From positions 31,761 through 95,760 of the forward strand of contig BDGG01000026.1 of NCBI GenBank assembly GCA_001949185.1: a DNA stretch of 64,000 nucleotides, in the 5' to 3' direction. Both the position numbers and the translations under genes were made by a program. Source of the stretch: Ramazzottius varieornatus (lineage: Eukaryota > Animalia > Tardigrada). Of the stretch, positions 27,721 through 41,351 are shown in pieces (within the stretch, counting starts at the first letter, position 1; every line of letters starts with the position of its first letter). The notes beneath the pieces are model-generated. The model saw only the letters and a list, made by a program, of their open reading frames with translations. It was not told the DNA's origin and did not search any database.

Positions 27721-28635
27721 ATGAGGCTTGAAGTAGTAGGACTCTTTGTAGTTGATTACAGAAGTTGTCTTACCTTCACCAAACGATTTATCTGTTGATC
27801 AACAAATAGGAGGTGCGGAAGTATGACTTGCAACTTTTTGAAGTAGACTTTTTGCTTTACTTGTTCCCTCATACCAGCAAGGTACATGAAACACTTTTTC
27901 GTAGAAAATTCACACCGCCACAGAAGCAGGATTGAGGAATAGAAAGAAAAACGATCTGAAGCTATTTTTCACAGCCTATTCAGAGAGCATTTTTGCTACT
28001 CGCTGCAAATGACCCAATTTCAGTGTCGTTTCAATACGACTTTTTTGATTTTAATTGCAATTACGATTGATTGGAATACCTCGGGCCGCAGCAATTACAA
28101 TTATGTGGGATTCAATCCAGCTGAACTAGTAACTACAATTAATCGGAATTCAGCTCGCGACAGCAATTAAAATTATTCCAATTGTGGTGGTTCATTTTCG
28201 TGATTTAGTATTCATACGACTGGTATTTTAACGCACCGTAAGCCTCTCGTTTCATGCACGTAGGATGCCTGTCAGATGTTTAGCACAAAGAATAGTACAG
28301 CCAAGGCACCGTATACGGATGTGCTGACGTCGATCCGATTGTTATGTTTCTGAAAGTATTGCGCGTATGCCATCATACTCGCGAAGCCTCCCTTGGGGGG
28401 TTGGTGGAAGAAAATATTGGGACCGGTCACCGGGGTTCAAATTCGCTTGTACGTTGAAGCTAAGGCTGGGCATTCCGCCGGACCTTCTCCCTGGAACGGA
28501 ATTCGGAAAGGAGTGCCTAATTTTCCTATTTTCCTATTCTCCGTTTCCTAAAAAGGCTAAACCAAAATCGGAATTCCAGTACGGTAGTCTAAAAGGTACA
28601 AACCACGCCGAATCTCGGCTTAGCCCCAACTGACA

Positions 28636-28739
28636 AGCTCGGCAAGCTTGTTTCCATGTGACGCACGCTCTCTGCCGGTTCTACTGGGGGGTCGTGCGCC
28701 CCTTGGCAATACATTCAACTGGAGCTTGTTGGCCGAGCT
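28636..28739. repeat. Modular palindromic element, 1 unit, intergenic
   Basis: agctcggcaa...catgtgacgcac...gtgcgccccttg...ttggccgagct. Confidence 0.75.
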
Positions 28740-29464
28740 CCCGCACAGTGAGTGTAACTATGTACTGTACTGCTTCCTAAACTTGGCGAATTGACGTCAC
28801 GGTGTGCATATGCTGTGTGCGTCGTCGTACCCGTGAACTTCACACTTACTGTGACGACAGTTCGCCAAGTTAATGAAGCATTACAAGTAAGCAAATTATT
28901 TGCAAAAAGTGGGGATTCAACCGTGGAAAACCGATTTTTTCAACCCCTAGACTTTTTTTCTTCCACATCCAAGTAGCTGGATGTTTCTTCTGCAAAGGTT
29001 CCTTTCGATTAGATTTCTCCTGACTGATACTGATTCCAATACAGAAGCGACGTGCACATGAATCCAGTGTTTCATTGAGCGGCGCTGTCTGTTCTCTTTC
29101 CCACCTTCCCCAGTTAGCTAACCGAGGCCAAAGAGTTTCACGACCGGTCCCCTGTAGAGTGGCATTGTGCTAAGTTTGGCCACAAAGGAATGGCACTTTT
29201 TGGGGCGGACTGGGAAATTTTGCATGCCTATTGGCTGGCTCTCTTACCCTGAAGCTAAACGCAGCGCATTGTTATTCTGTCTCTTTCAAGCACTTACGTA
29301 CAGGTTGAATCCACGTACAGGTCGGATCCACTTTCTTGGAACAACCATCAGTTCAACCCATGCTGTGAGCAGCTTATCTTCCCGATCCGGGTAATCCCTT
29401 CCCAAAAGACTCCGACGGAACAGAGAGACGAAGGGGAAGGGTCGCGGGGATGGATAAGGACACA

Positions 29465-29505
29465 GGGAAAGGGGAAATGGGAAAGGGGAAATGGGAAAGG
29501 GGAAA
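29465..29505 (+). repeat. Tandem repeat (GGGAAAGGGGAAAT)x3, G-quadruplex-capable
   Basis: Six G-runs of 3-4 nt, directly visible. Confidence 0.8.
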
Positions 29506-31248
29506 CTCGTGAGAACTTTGCATCACGATTGCAGAATATTCAAGCCGAGCGAAGCGGGCGTTCTTAACCGAAAGCGTTCCCATGTTAAGTTTTGCCACCC
29601 ACGTGATGGAACTTTGTGGGGCAGACTCGGAGCCAACCGCATGTCCATTGGCTTCTCTTACGCTGAATCTGAACACAGCGCATTTTTATATAGCCTCTTT
29701 CCAGCCCCTACGTACGGGTTGAACCTGATATGGTGGTTAATGTTTCTGCGAGTTACGGGCACACTGAGCGAGGCTTTTCCAGGGGTGTACCCCTTGCTAG
29801 TCAACTGTAATGATCGAAACAACACTGCCCAATCGCGTGAAATTATTAATCTGTGGTGTCTACTACTAGAGTTGTTGAAGGGAGTTCCTAGTTTTTCTTC
29901 CTACGGTTTGCGGAGGATTTTTGTGCAGAATTCATTCTGAAGCCGTCTTGCAACAGTAGTGACTTCGGCCGACTGAAAAAATCTTGCTGTTGCACAACAG
30001 ACTTTTCCATCAGTCATCCCGATTCTAGAGAGGCCTAGTCTACCGCTATCGGTTTGCTGGGTGAAAGGAACTACAGGTAGGAGCGGTGAAAAGCGTGAGT
30101 TAGCCACCACAAGTTAACCATGGTCCTCGCTTGGTGCCGCTTACGAGTCGACGTCATCTGTGGTGCTTCCGCTTTGTCGCAGCAAACTGATTCCCGCTTA
30201 AGAATACCCTACGGAGTCCACTTTCTATCAGCGGTGACGACACAGTGCAAAGAGTTGGGGCGGTGCTGCGATGACGTAAACGCGACGTTCTGTGTCGCGC
30301 CTCCCGTCCTGTATCACAGTGCTTAAAGAGTCTCAAGCCGTTTCTGGACTTCCGCGACACTTTTATCGAAGAACGGCTGAGGTCATTCGATCTCCGTGAT
30401 GGACAAATATGCTCGCAGAGAAGATTTCAGCTCATTCAAAATCTTCTCGGGGATTAGAGAGCCGATATTCAAAAGTACGGCACTCGTGCAACGGAGCTTC
30501 GTGACAGAAATCATTGCAAAGTATCGCAATGAGTGGAACGGAGCAACTCCGGTAAAACAATTGAACAGTTAAAAAAGCTGATCTGTTGGACCTATGTGTG
30601 GACCAGGTTGCACAAATTATCACGTCAGTGGCCTTTACAGCGCACCGCAGTTCAGAAACACCTATTGGGCCAGTATGTTGCATGCTCGGGTTGCGAGCAC
30701 ATACCGGTAGAGGCAGCAAGCTGGAACTCCAGTGATAGAAACTGGAGCACACTGTGCACGACGCTCCTGGGCCGTAACCAATTTCTTATCTCAACTACCA
30801 TAATCTCTTCTAATGGGAAGCTTCACGACATTGCAGAGAAAGTTGGATCACAGTCCAGATACAGTAATTGTACGATGCGTGCCTGAAACCTTTACTAAAA
30901 TTCCGATGTACAGTAGTTCGAGTTGTTCCACAGCTCAGTCATACGATTTTATTATGATTTTACGCCATCCCGACAAATGTTGCCGAGGATACAACGAAAA
31001 ATGCTACAGAAGTACATAGTCCACCATACAGTATTCCCCTTGGTCCGAACAAGAATACCGTATAGAGTGACGGTAAATTTCTGTGCCATACAAGTACGAG
31101 CTAGCGGATTGTTGATGTTGTGCTGGAGGCTATTGTCAAATTGCTCTGGCCGAAACCTGATCAGCGCAGGCGTTCAACCACTTGTCTAGACATGCGTATT
31201 ATACCTGGTGCATCATCTGATCGGAGGCATATTCTGACAAAAAGCAAC

Positions 31249-32323
31249 ATGCATCCGGCCAGCCTGTTACAATCCCTGGACTTCTCCCATTTCGAGACGG
31301 ATCCTTCACCATCTTCCACATCCCGTCTTGTGCCTCCCTTCACCTTGCCGGGCTACCTTCAGACCATGACACTATCCTGCATAGCCTTCACTTCCCTCTT
31401 TCTTACATTGTACTATCTACTCAGCCGTTTCACTCCATTTCGCCGGCTGGATCACGGCAAGAGTGTGGCGCGGAATCTCGCTGGCTTCCTCGTCTCCGGA
31501 ATCCAGGCTGTCACAGCCACCATTGCGGGACTTATAATAATAACGCAGACAAACTCCGACATCCTGCTAGCCCAAGTAAGTAACATGTATTGGGGCAGCT
31601 CCGCTAACTGGCGCACGCTCCCGCCAGCAGCAATGGACTCGTGCGTCACTTGTCAGAGGTCTACAGAATTACCGTCACCAACCTTTGCCGTTACTGTATG
31701 CAGTACATCAAAATTAATGGTCTTTTTGGCAGTCGTCGTGGGCGAATTGGTATTCAGCTGTCTTCGTCGGTTACCTTCTTTACGACTTGTCCCTAATACT
31801 CCTCACCGATCTTCGGGCCAAGAAATCTCTCTTTGCCAGCATAAGATCGCACCTAGCCGTGTACATTCACCATCTTGCCTTCACTATAGTCGCGCCCATC
31901 ACTCTGTCCGTCCGCAACCACCGCGCGGACTACATCATTGGCTGTTTCCTCTTGATGGAGGTCCCGGTCATCTTCCTGCACACCCAGAACGTCCTAGCTG
32001 GTCTGGGTCGGTCGGCTACTCGCCTTTATGTTTACAACGGTCTGCTGACCATCGGCAGTTACTTTGTCTTCCGGCTGGCCATTTTTCCCTATATGTTTCA
32101 TCGGCTGGCCCAACGGAAAGGCACAACGCTACTTCATGTCCATAAAACTCTTTACACTTCGTGCATACTCGGCACGATAGCTTGTATTTCGATACAGGTT
32201 TACTGGTTTCTTATGATTTGTCGAAAAGCTTACCGGTATACGAAAACTCAGTCTCTGCAGAAAACGGTTCTGGTTGAAGACGCTAAAGTTCAAGAAGCAT
32301 TTATTCCAAAGAAGATGGAATAA
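31249..32323 (+). CDS. TLC (TRAM/LAG1/CLN8) domain membrane protein, TLCD3/FAM57-like; exons 31249-31575, 31733-32323
   Basis: GYLLYD, YIHH, FLLMEVPVIFL, LYVYNG, FRLAIFPYM, QVYWFLMICRKA; phase-0 GT-AG intron. Confidence 0.85.
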
Positions 32324-32676
32324 AAGATGATACAGTACTTGAAAAGTTTCTCTTTCAGCTGTTTCGGTCTTTCCAACGAGAACGTACAAAGTCCCCTACT
32401 TTTGTGAGACGAGAAAGTTGCGGAAACGTTCGTTGCAATGTCATGCTACATGCAGTGTGACATAACATGGCATGATATGACATATCATGACCATAGCATA
32501 ACGTACCGTTGATCATTTTGATTGATTGGGGTTGCAGTTTATTCTTGATTAACCAGATGCTAGTTCGCCTGTTCCTTTCGGAAGTCTCGTCTCGTCTCGT
32601 CTTTTCCTAGTTTCAAGTTCGCAAGCTCAAACAGTTGCTTTCACCTGGCTAGCCTCCCCGTCTTTTCGTATGAAAA

Positions 32677-33720
32677 ATGTTGTACCTGATCGGCTTAGGT
32701 CTGGGTGAAGTGGAAGACATCGGTGTCCGCGGACTACGCATCGCCAAGGCTGCCAAACGGGTCTACTTCGAGATGTACACCTCGCTACTCCACGGACCTA
32801 ACGGCGGTATCCCTCAGCTGGAAGCGCTGCTTGGTCGTTCCGTTATCCCTGCCGATCGCGAAGTGCTGGAAGAGAAGGCCGCAGACATTCTTGAAGGAGC
32901 ACTGACCGACGACGTTGCTGTTCTGGTTGTCGGTGATCCGATGGCTGCCACTACACATTCCGACCTTATTCTTCGCGCTCGCGAGTGGAATATCGCTGTG
33001 GAAATCATCCATAATGCCTCTATCATTAGCGCAGTTGGATGTACGGGTAAGGAACGGATTGGAGAAGCCGTTTCAGATTATTACCAGAAGTTATTAGCTG
33101 CAGGTTCACACCGTTCACTTCTGTTGATCAGTTAAATCAAAAGAAAAACTTACAGTTCAATCAAGTCGGTTAGATAAGAGTGGGCGGGGCCTCGTGATTC
33201 ATTGTGACGTCGCGCGTTGGATTTTGCAGGTTTGCAAGTTTACCGTTTCGGAGCTGTCGTGTCCATCTGCTTCTGGACTGACGATTGGAGACCTCGAAGC
33301 TTCTGCCACCATATTAAGGAAAACTTGAAAAGAGGACTACACACGTTATGTTTACTTGACATTCGAGTGAGAGAACCCGACATGAAGGCCTTGATGCGAG
33401 GACGGAAGGAGTACGAGCCAGCCAGGTTTATGACGGTGGCGCAGGCCGCGTCGCAGCTCGTGGAAATCCTGACAACAGCGGCGGAAGACGAGCCTCAAGA
33501 GAACGATAAAGATTGTTTCTCAGTCGATACTCTCTGTATTGGCTTAGCAAGAGTTGGTTTGTCCACTGAGAAGCTGGTTGCCGGACCGCTAAAGAGTTTA
33601 GTCGATGTGGAGCTGGGAGGTCCTTTGCACTCCTTGATAGTTTGCGGGCCTTTGCATCCGCTCGAGCATGACTTTGTCAAACAGTTTGCTCTGGACTCTG
33701 CTTCATTTTCATCCCAGTAA
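32677..33720 (+). CDS. DPH5: Diphthine methyl ester synthase; exons 32677-33046, 33230-33720
   Basis: MLYLIGLGLG, LVVGDPMAATTHSDL, IHNASIISAVGCTGLQVYRFG, GLHTLCLLDI, GGPLHSLI. Confidence 0.97.
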
Positions 33721-33939
33721 GAGTCTGACAGGAAGAACTCGTCGCTGAAAACGCGACAAACTTTACAGCAACAACGCCTTCTTCCGTTTTTCAGCTTTTG
33801 GTTGTTGGCGTACACGTCATGTCGGAATAACTTTACATTGGCAGTGCAGTGGTTTGACAGCCAGCCCATCAAAACAGCAACTTGCAAAATTCGGTCACTA
33901 TTCCACTGCATCAATCAAGATCTGTTGGCCAATTGACAC

Positions 33940-34353
33940 TAGAGCACTGCGCCGCAGGTCCAAAGTAGACTGTAACTGTGCTGCGCACATTACCAGGGCG
34001 CTGTACGCTGCGCTGTGCTGCACAACTTTCATGCCCAGTGGCTAAGCAGCTGTGCTGCAGGTGCACGTTGACCTGGTGCAACTGCGCGGAACGCCGATGT
34101 AATGACACGATGTGTTATTCAGTCAGCGAAATCAGTAGTCAACCTGGAGAACGTTGCCCTAAGGTACGGCAAAGCCGAGACGGCTGACGTTCGAATGCCC
34201 AAAAACTGTAATTTTTGTTAGGTTTCGGTAGGTGCATCTGCGCGGTAGTCTATGGCTTTCTGCTGTATGCTGTGCTGTGCCGCACAAATTTCGTCAGTTC
34301 ACGCGCTGTAGCTGTGCTGCAGTACAGCGCATGCGGCCAGATTCCGTTCTCTA
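33940..34353. mobile_element. hAT-type MITE with GCTGTGCTGC subterminal repeats
   Basis: Ends TAGAG.../...CTCTA; perfect 8-bp TSD ATTGACAC (33932-33939 and 34354-34361). Confidence 0.8.
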
Positions 34354-34553
34354 ATTGACACGTAATTTTGGCTTGAAGTTTAGATCTATACCGTAGTTTT
34401 GTCAGGTGATGTATTCAGCTTGCAAAAACAGCTGTTTCTCGCCGTCGACGTGGAAATCCGTTCCTCCACCTTTTTTTCTTCTGATTTTCTCGACCTGCTC
34501 CTAAGTTCACTAGACAGTTCTAAACCAGCGTCGATTGGAAGGGCTGTAATAGG

Positions 34554-37315
34554 ATGGCCTCGGCTGATGTGGATATGCAAGCGACAACGAGGGTCAAAGA
34601 CGACGAAGAGATGGATGTGGATGACGAGGAGGACGAGATGATGTCTGCTGAAGATGAGGATGACGCTGACGACTTACCCACCAAGGCTCAGCTTAATGAT
34701 GAACGAATCTACAGTCTGGATATCTTGAAGCTCGTCAAGGAAGCTCAACAAGCCCGCGGCCTTCGTCATGGCGATTATACTCGCTACCGGTACATACCAG
34801 TATTTCATACAGTACGATGAGCGAACCACGTTGTCTATCTAGACACAGATTGGCAGGACAATAAGCTCTGTCGTCTGTATGTAGGTGCCTGATGGAGTGC
34901 ACTCACCTGCTTACTTTTTCTATGCTTTACTTTCCTTCCGTATGGATTATGTCGTCAGTTTCGTTCTTCTGTGCTGTAGGCAGTATTGTGAAAGAAAGGT
35001 TCATCGCTTACGAAAAGCGCTGAAGTTTCCACAAGGCACTCGTACTCGCTACCAAGGCAAGCCGTTGAAGATCGAGAACATGAACGATGCTCGCCACCTC
35101 GAGATTCCACTCTTCATCACGGAACGCGCCTGGAGTTACGGTATGCAGCTCAAACAGGAATCCGGCCCAGCTCATCCTCGCAAGAAGCACCACATGCTCA
35201 GGAGATACAAGAAAGCGGCGCATTCTGCTGCTCAGCTGGTCAAACTCTGCAACGCGGTGAAATGCGATGCCAGGCAAGTTCAGACTACCCCGATCAACAC
35301 GCGCACACTCAATAAATCACTCAATGATGCTTTCATCTTTCGGGTCCGAATCAGAAACTTGTGGACATTGTACTTCCTGAGATATATTTTACACAATCTC
35401 CTTTTGTCAACCCTGACTGAGCCGACGAGTATACGACGTTTTTTTGTTTCAGGACACGATTGGAAGCTGAAGCTTACTGCGAATGGATGCGTGGTGTTCA
35501 CTTCTTCCATAAGGAACTCTGGAAGCAAGCCGTTGAATGCCTCTCACATGCCAAGACCATCTACGAGCGCATTTCCGCTACAGTGGACGAAGATACCCGC
35601 GCACTGTACCGTCAGCGTGTCGAAGAGACCAACCCGCAGATTCGTTTCTGTGCCTACAACATTGGTGACGAGTCTGCTGTGGAAGACTTGATCAAGGTGC
35701 GACTGAGAGCCCGGCAAACAAACTCGAAAGGAATGGTTTTCCAAGTGGCGCATGTCTTCGATGTTATTACGTGGGCTTGTGCGCCATTTGAGGAAACAAT
35801 TTTGTCGATTTTGTTTTGTCTTTCCCAAGCGACGTACGCTTCCATCGTTGTTGGATTAAAGTGTGCGCCACTTGAGAATGCAATCTTGTGGAGTTCGTTT
35901 GGCGAGGTTTCAGTTCAGGAATTCAATTTCTTCTCTGAACTTTTTCTTATGTTCTGCAGATGCGACTGCAACCAGGCACCGCGATGGGCCAAGACGTCCT
36001 GTCCAAGCTGGACGACCTGATTGCCCAGAACAGAGGCAGACAATCCGGGTCTGAAGTCAGCTGGCTCGGCAAAACCATTCCCATCAAGAACCAGAAAGTT
36101 AGGGTCCTCCTGATTAGTAGCGATGAGGTGATGAAACAGCTGGATACTGTGAAAACGGCGGACGCTAAACTAGAAGTCCTGGAGAACACGTTGAACATGC
36201 TGAGGGAAGCTGGTCAGTTGGTCCAGGAAGAAGTCAAAACAACGGCCAAAGATCAACAAGTAATAAACGGCTAGTCAGGGCTGCGCTGTACAGTCAAGGT
36301 CGTGCTGGATGAAAGTTAGCGTCAGCACGGCCTAGAATGACGCTTCCGCGATTGTGACATTTTTCTTAATGTCCCTTTTGGTTGATCGACAGGTCTCTTC
36401 CACCGGAAGTGTCACCAGTACGCAGCTGCTGTCTTCCTACATCACCTACCTGAAGAACCAGCGCAACACCGATCGCGCACTACTGACCATCCAGATCATG
36501 AAGGGGCAGGTCCCGCTGTCGCCCGAGAAAGAAGCCGAAGAAAAGGCGAAGAAGCACAAGCCTCAGGACTTCGTCCGCCTCTACGACACCATCGTCGAGA
36601 ACTGCGAGGAAACCGCAGCTCTTCCAGGTGTCGTAGGAACTGCCGTCATGGAAAGCATGACCAGCCAAGGGCTCATCTACAAAGCCTACAGGGTAACAGA
36701 CCACTCAGGGTTGTGCCCAATCACAGTGTGGCACAGCCTTGACGTAGTACGTTGAGGGTCGTGCCGGGCACCGCCCTGACAATCACTACGGTCCAGGCCG
36801 TGCGCAGTCGGAAATGTTTATTTTTAATTTCGTTTGTTTCCTTACAGGCGCTGTACATTGGCCAAGCTTTCGCCGGTGTAAAGAAGTATCCAGAAGCTTT
36901 GACCTTCTTTTCCCGGGTGAACGAACTAAGTTCTCTGGCCAAAAAGCCGAAGAACAACGAGATCGACTCCAAGCTCTTCGACGAGCTAAGTAGCATGGCG
37001 AAGGAGCAAAAGAGTATGGTGATGGGCTACAGCATTCTAGCCAGTGAAGAGTTCACTGAAGTGGAAAGCGAGATGGTGGCCAGGTTCAAGAAGGAGAATG
37101 GCCTGATGGAAATTCCTCCCGTTAAGCCTTTCACCTTCGATTTGGTCCTCAACAGTGTCAAGTTGCCTTCGTTGGAGGATAAGCTCCAACCCAAAAAGAC
37201 GGCAACGAAAACCGTCAAGAAGGAACAGGCGCCGGCCGAAGCAGCAGGAGCCACGACGGGCGCCGGCCTTGGATCCGCACTGAAAGGGTGGATTTTTGGT
37301 GGCAAGAAGAAATAA
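34554..37315 (+). CDS. SRP68: Signal recognition particle subunit SRP68; exons ~34554-34789, 34980-35273, 35453-35696, 35960-36259, 36393-36692, 36848-37315
   Basis: VKEAQQARGLRHGDYTRYRQYC, ERAWSYGMQLKQE, CDARTRLEAEAY, PQIRFCAYNIGD, QDFVRLYD, PVKPFTFDL, C-terminal KGWIFG. Confidence 0.95.
35708..35909. repeat. Modular palindromic element, 2 units, in an SRP68 intron
   Basis: cggcaaacaaactcg...caagtggcgcat...gtgcgccatttg...gtgcgccacttg. Confidence 0.85.
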
Positions 37316-37616
37316 TAAAAAATGACTAAATGTTCATTGTTATTATTGCGTTCGAGTTTTTCTAAATCTAGTTCTTTTCCCATTGACGCTTCTGCTTACT
37401 TCTCTCCGTCGGATATTTATCCACATTATCGTTTGATAAGTTCTTTGAGACATTCGTATAAAAATATAATAAAATTCCGTCACCAAACGACCCCTTTTTA
37501 TTCGTAGAAAATCTGTCACAGTTTTGTTTTGAAAAGACCAGACAGAATGATATGAGCAAAAATCCAAAAGAACTTGACGAGTATTTACATTTCTCTGGAA
37601 ATGTCTGTGCCGTTGT

Positions 37617-40600
37617 TCACTTGAAGCAGTCGACCATTCCTGACAGGTCGCCACTGGCCAGTCTTTCTTGGCAGTTAAGTGACAGCGGCGGAATGAATTC
37701 GGGCAGCAGTGTTGCGTCGTGAGTGAGTCCTTGAGACAGGTCTCTGCAGCGCTTCATTAGGTCGTAATTGATGATCTCGCTCACTCTAGAGTCCTGCTTG
37801 TAGTCCGGATGCTCCAAGACAAACTTCCGCATCCATCCGGCTGTTGTTAGTAACTCACCTGCAAAAAGGACAGCATCAAAATAGAGATGAAGGTCAGACA
37901 GCGGAAAAAGAAAGACGAAGATCAACAGTTCAGTTTTTTGCGGAAGGCCGTGCCCAGCATGCAAGGCCGTGCTCATCGTACAAAGCCGTGCCCATCGTAC
38001 AAGGTCGTGCCGCCACAGTACCAGCACGACCCTCCCTCAGCCTACCCCAGGGCCGTCCTCGGTCCATATGATCCAGTTTCCAAAGAATTTGCCAGGATTG
38101 AGGATTTCTTTCACTGGCTTACATACCGGAAGCTTTCTTGCTGATGCAGTGCAGGTACGACTGCAGCGTTTGCCTGGTGTGAACATCCAAATCCACCGAC
38201 GACAGGTAGTGCTCGACCAAAGGCACTAAACCTTCAAAGTGACCTTCTTCCGCGTCCTTGCCGTTGAAGACCTCGTTGACCGTCATCTGCACGATCTTAT
38301 TCGACTGTTGACTTCCATCCGCCCCTAAGAACCAGAACGGATAGACTTTCAATCAGCTGGAGTCGGCGGGTAGACAAAGCTGCTCGGCATACAAACTCGC
38401 CAGGATTGATTTTCACATTGGCGCACGCTTCAGGTGCTGTTGGCTGACATGGCGCGCCACTGGAAAAAGAACCCTCTCGTCCAGTTTGTTTGCCTATGTC
38501 TTGAATGAACTGACCGGTGAGGATCTGTTGCCGAAACCACAGCCTTCCTTCGCTGACAGCGTTTCGCTGCTGCGCCACCGCCATGTTCTCTTCTACCATG
38601 GACATGGGGACCAGCAAGTTGAGCTTCAACGAGACGATGGTTCGCGTCAAGAGAACCACGAAGATGACGAATGCCGCGTTCTCAAAGTCCGTGATTTGCG
38701 TCTGTAGGTTGACAAATCGTATCAACAAAAGTTTCACCACGGAACCCGGACAGAAGATTCAACGTACCTCCATGGGACGAAACTCTATCCGCCAGCCGAT
38801 ATCCGCGTCAACAGGCGGCGGCTTGAACCTCAAAGACTGCCAGTTTGTCGACTGAATATTCTGCAAAAACAATAACTTGATTCCAGATGAATTCGTATTT
38901 GCAAGCTCGGCAAAAAAAACTCGACCAAACTGTTTTCCCAATTGGCGCACCTTTCCAGCCAATAACACTGTGAACGTGCGCCACTCGGTAAACAATTCAA
39001 CTTAACAAGACTGCTTTTCCCAGTGGCGCACGCTTGGGAACATGCGCCACGTGAAGTTGAGTTTCGAAGGTCCCTCGTTAATTTAATACGAGAAAAGCCT
39101 TTCGCTTACTTCGAAATGGTTGCTGTCTTTCTCGTCGTCCTGATGGATTCTCTCCGAATATAAAATGAGCGGTTCTCGGATGAAAAGCTTGGCTATGTGT
39201 TTGCTCAGTTGAGCGTCAATGCCTGAAGACCCAACAGAGTATAAATTCCAGCCCTTCGAGCTACTGTATGAATAAGGGAGCCGGAAGCGACCTTTTATGA
39301 GCTATTGAAATTCTCACCGGCTTCGACCAACTTGTCGAAATATTCTTGGTTGATGACGGCAGGTACGTCGTTGTACTGGTCGCCTTCCGGTGAGAGGTAA
39401 TGGTCCACCGAACCATAGCGGGACTTGGGAATGAGGCGAAAGCCATCTTTCAACGGCTGAAAAGGTGATGAATACCGTCATACCGAATATTCGAGGCTTT
39501 TGTGGCTTACCTTCAGTCCCAATTCCTCTTCGGTGCGATCGTCCGTACACGCCGCCAGAATATTCCAGCGGCAGTCCACGTCGGAGATGTAGCCTTGATA
39601 CATCGGTGCACCAGCCGTCAACGTCATCTAAAACTCAAAAGTCAAAACCATCCATCGTTCCCCGAGAAAGATCCAAAAGAGCTTCTGGTGGCACTTACCA
39701 TGAAAGGACACATGATGGCCAGTTGATCGTACAGGAAGCGCGCTTCCGCCAAGTTGCGCGCTTGAAATGTCACCTGCAAAATTAGCATGTATGGAAGCTC
39801 GCCAAACAAAGTCGACAAGATCACTTTGCCAAGTGGCGCAAGCTGCCACCCAATAACACTGAAAGCGTCCGCCACTTGAGCCAACAAAACTCGACAGCAT
39901 CGTTTTTCCCAAGTGGCGCACGCTTCCAGCTAGCAACAACAGAAGCCGCACTACTTGGAGAGACAATCTTATCGAGTTTGTTTGTCAAAAGGCGAACACT
40001 GTCGGCGTGTGTATTGCCCACAAGCGTTTGGTAGATGCTCGATGAAGAAGCTAAAGTACGGTCGGACCGTCGTGGTATGTACCTGAAGACAACAGCAACC
40101 CATTCCATGACCGCAAGAGTCCATGACAATGTGGCCGGCTTTGGCCACCGCCTGCACTTCGCCATCGTCCCCCAAAGCGGCAAAGTCCTCTTCGACGTTC
40201 TCTGACGTGTTCTTGTCTTTAAACACTGCGCAATAGACGAATGATAAACCGTTAGTAAAAGAGAAAATAAGGCCGAGGAAGCGAAAACTAAGAGGGTTGT
40301 CTCACGGGGAACGTTGACGAAAGGCTTTCTTCCTCGTCTCTTGCACAAATTCCCCAAGATCGTCCTGCGGAAAATAACAGTGAACCTTCTTCTCAGACTT
40401 CAGGATCCATTAGGGTATTCACCTCATGCGAGAATGACCTGAAAAGATAGCCTCGTCGGGAAAGAAAAGCGAGCGAAGGATGCTGTTGGGATTGTTCGGT
40501 TCCGTCAAGGCCGGCGGAAATGTGAAGCCTGGACAGCCCAGCCTGAAATCAAACCGCGGTTACAGCTGTTATATCCGCTGCTGGGAGGAGTATACTGAAT

Positions 40601-41351
40601 ACGAGTTGATGTCTGGGTACCGCGGAAAGGCCGACACGGAGAGGATGGCTTCGTTAGCCATCAGCAGCTTCTGCACTTCCTCCCTCCGCGCACGCATGTT
40701 CCCCTCCACTTTGGTAAAGTCCTCAAAGTTGCAGCGGAAAGGTCTCCCTGGCGAAGACTCCACCATGTAGGTGGCCATTTCCGGTCTCCATAAAGCTGGC
40801 AAATCCGGATTCTTTTCTCTATAGAAAACGTAACTTTGTCCGTACTTCCAGTGGGGCTTCGAGACTGAATGAGACTTTGATTGTGTACCCCTTTTCCTCG
40901 GCCTCCAGTTCCTTCTGCTGTAGTTTCGGCAGGAGATCGTGCGCCCGCAGTGCCAACTGCGCTCGTTGTTGAGCTTCGTTAAAATGGACGATGATATACT
41001 CGATCTACAAGAAAAATATGAGACAATAAGCGTATACCAAATCAAATGAGTCGACCACGTGACATTCATTGGCTCTCACATTGTGGAATTTGTCACATGA
41101 TTACAGACGTTTATAGGCCGCATGCCAGATTTAAACGAGCACGACGGATTTATCACTTCCGGTTGCCTTCTTGAGGGAAAAACGGTGCAATGAGGGCCTA
41201 CCTCGTCTCCCCATTTCAGTTCGTCGTTGGGTCGGTCCTTCAGGTTCCGGTACAAGTTGATAAACTGCTGGATGCCGTGCTGCTGGACGTGCTTGGCGTG
41301 CGCTCGAGTTTCTTCCCACGACAACACCTCGCCTTCCGTCAGCAATCCCAT
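37617..41351 (-). CDS. GCLC: Glutamate-cysteine ligase catalytic subunit, multi-exon
   Basis: [38 protein letters not shown]|[63 protein letters not shown]. Confidence 0.97.
38384..39990. repeat. Three separate modular palindromic elements in GCLC introns (~38384-38497, 38904-39068, 39797-39990)
   Basis: Each has a gctcggca(a/t)acaaactcg-type end and CAAGTGGCGCAC/GTGCGCCACTTG dyads. Confidence 0.85.
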
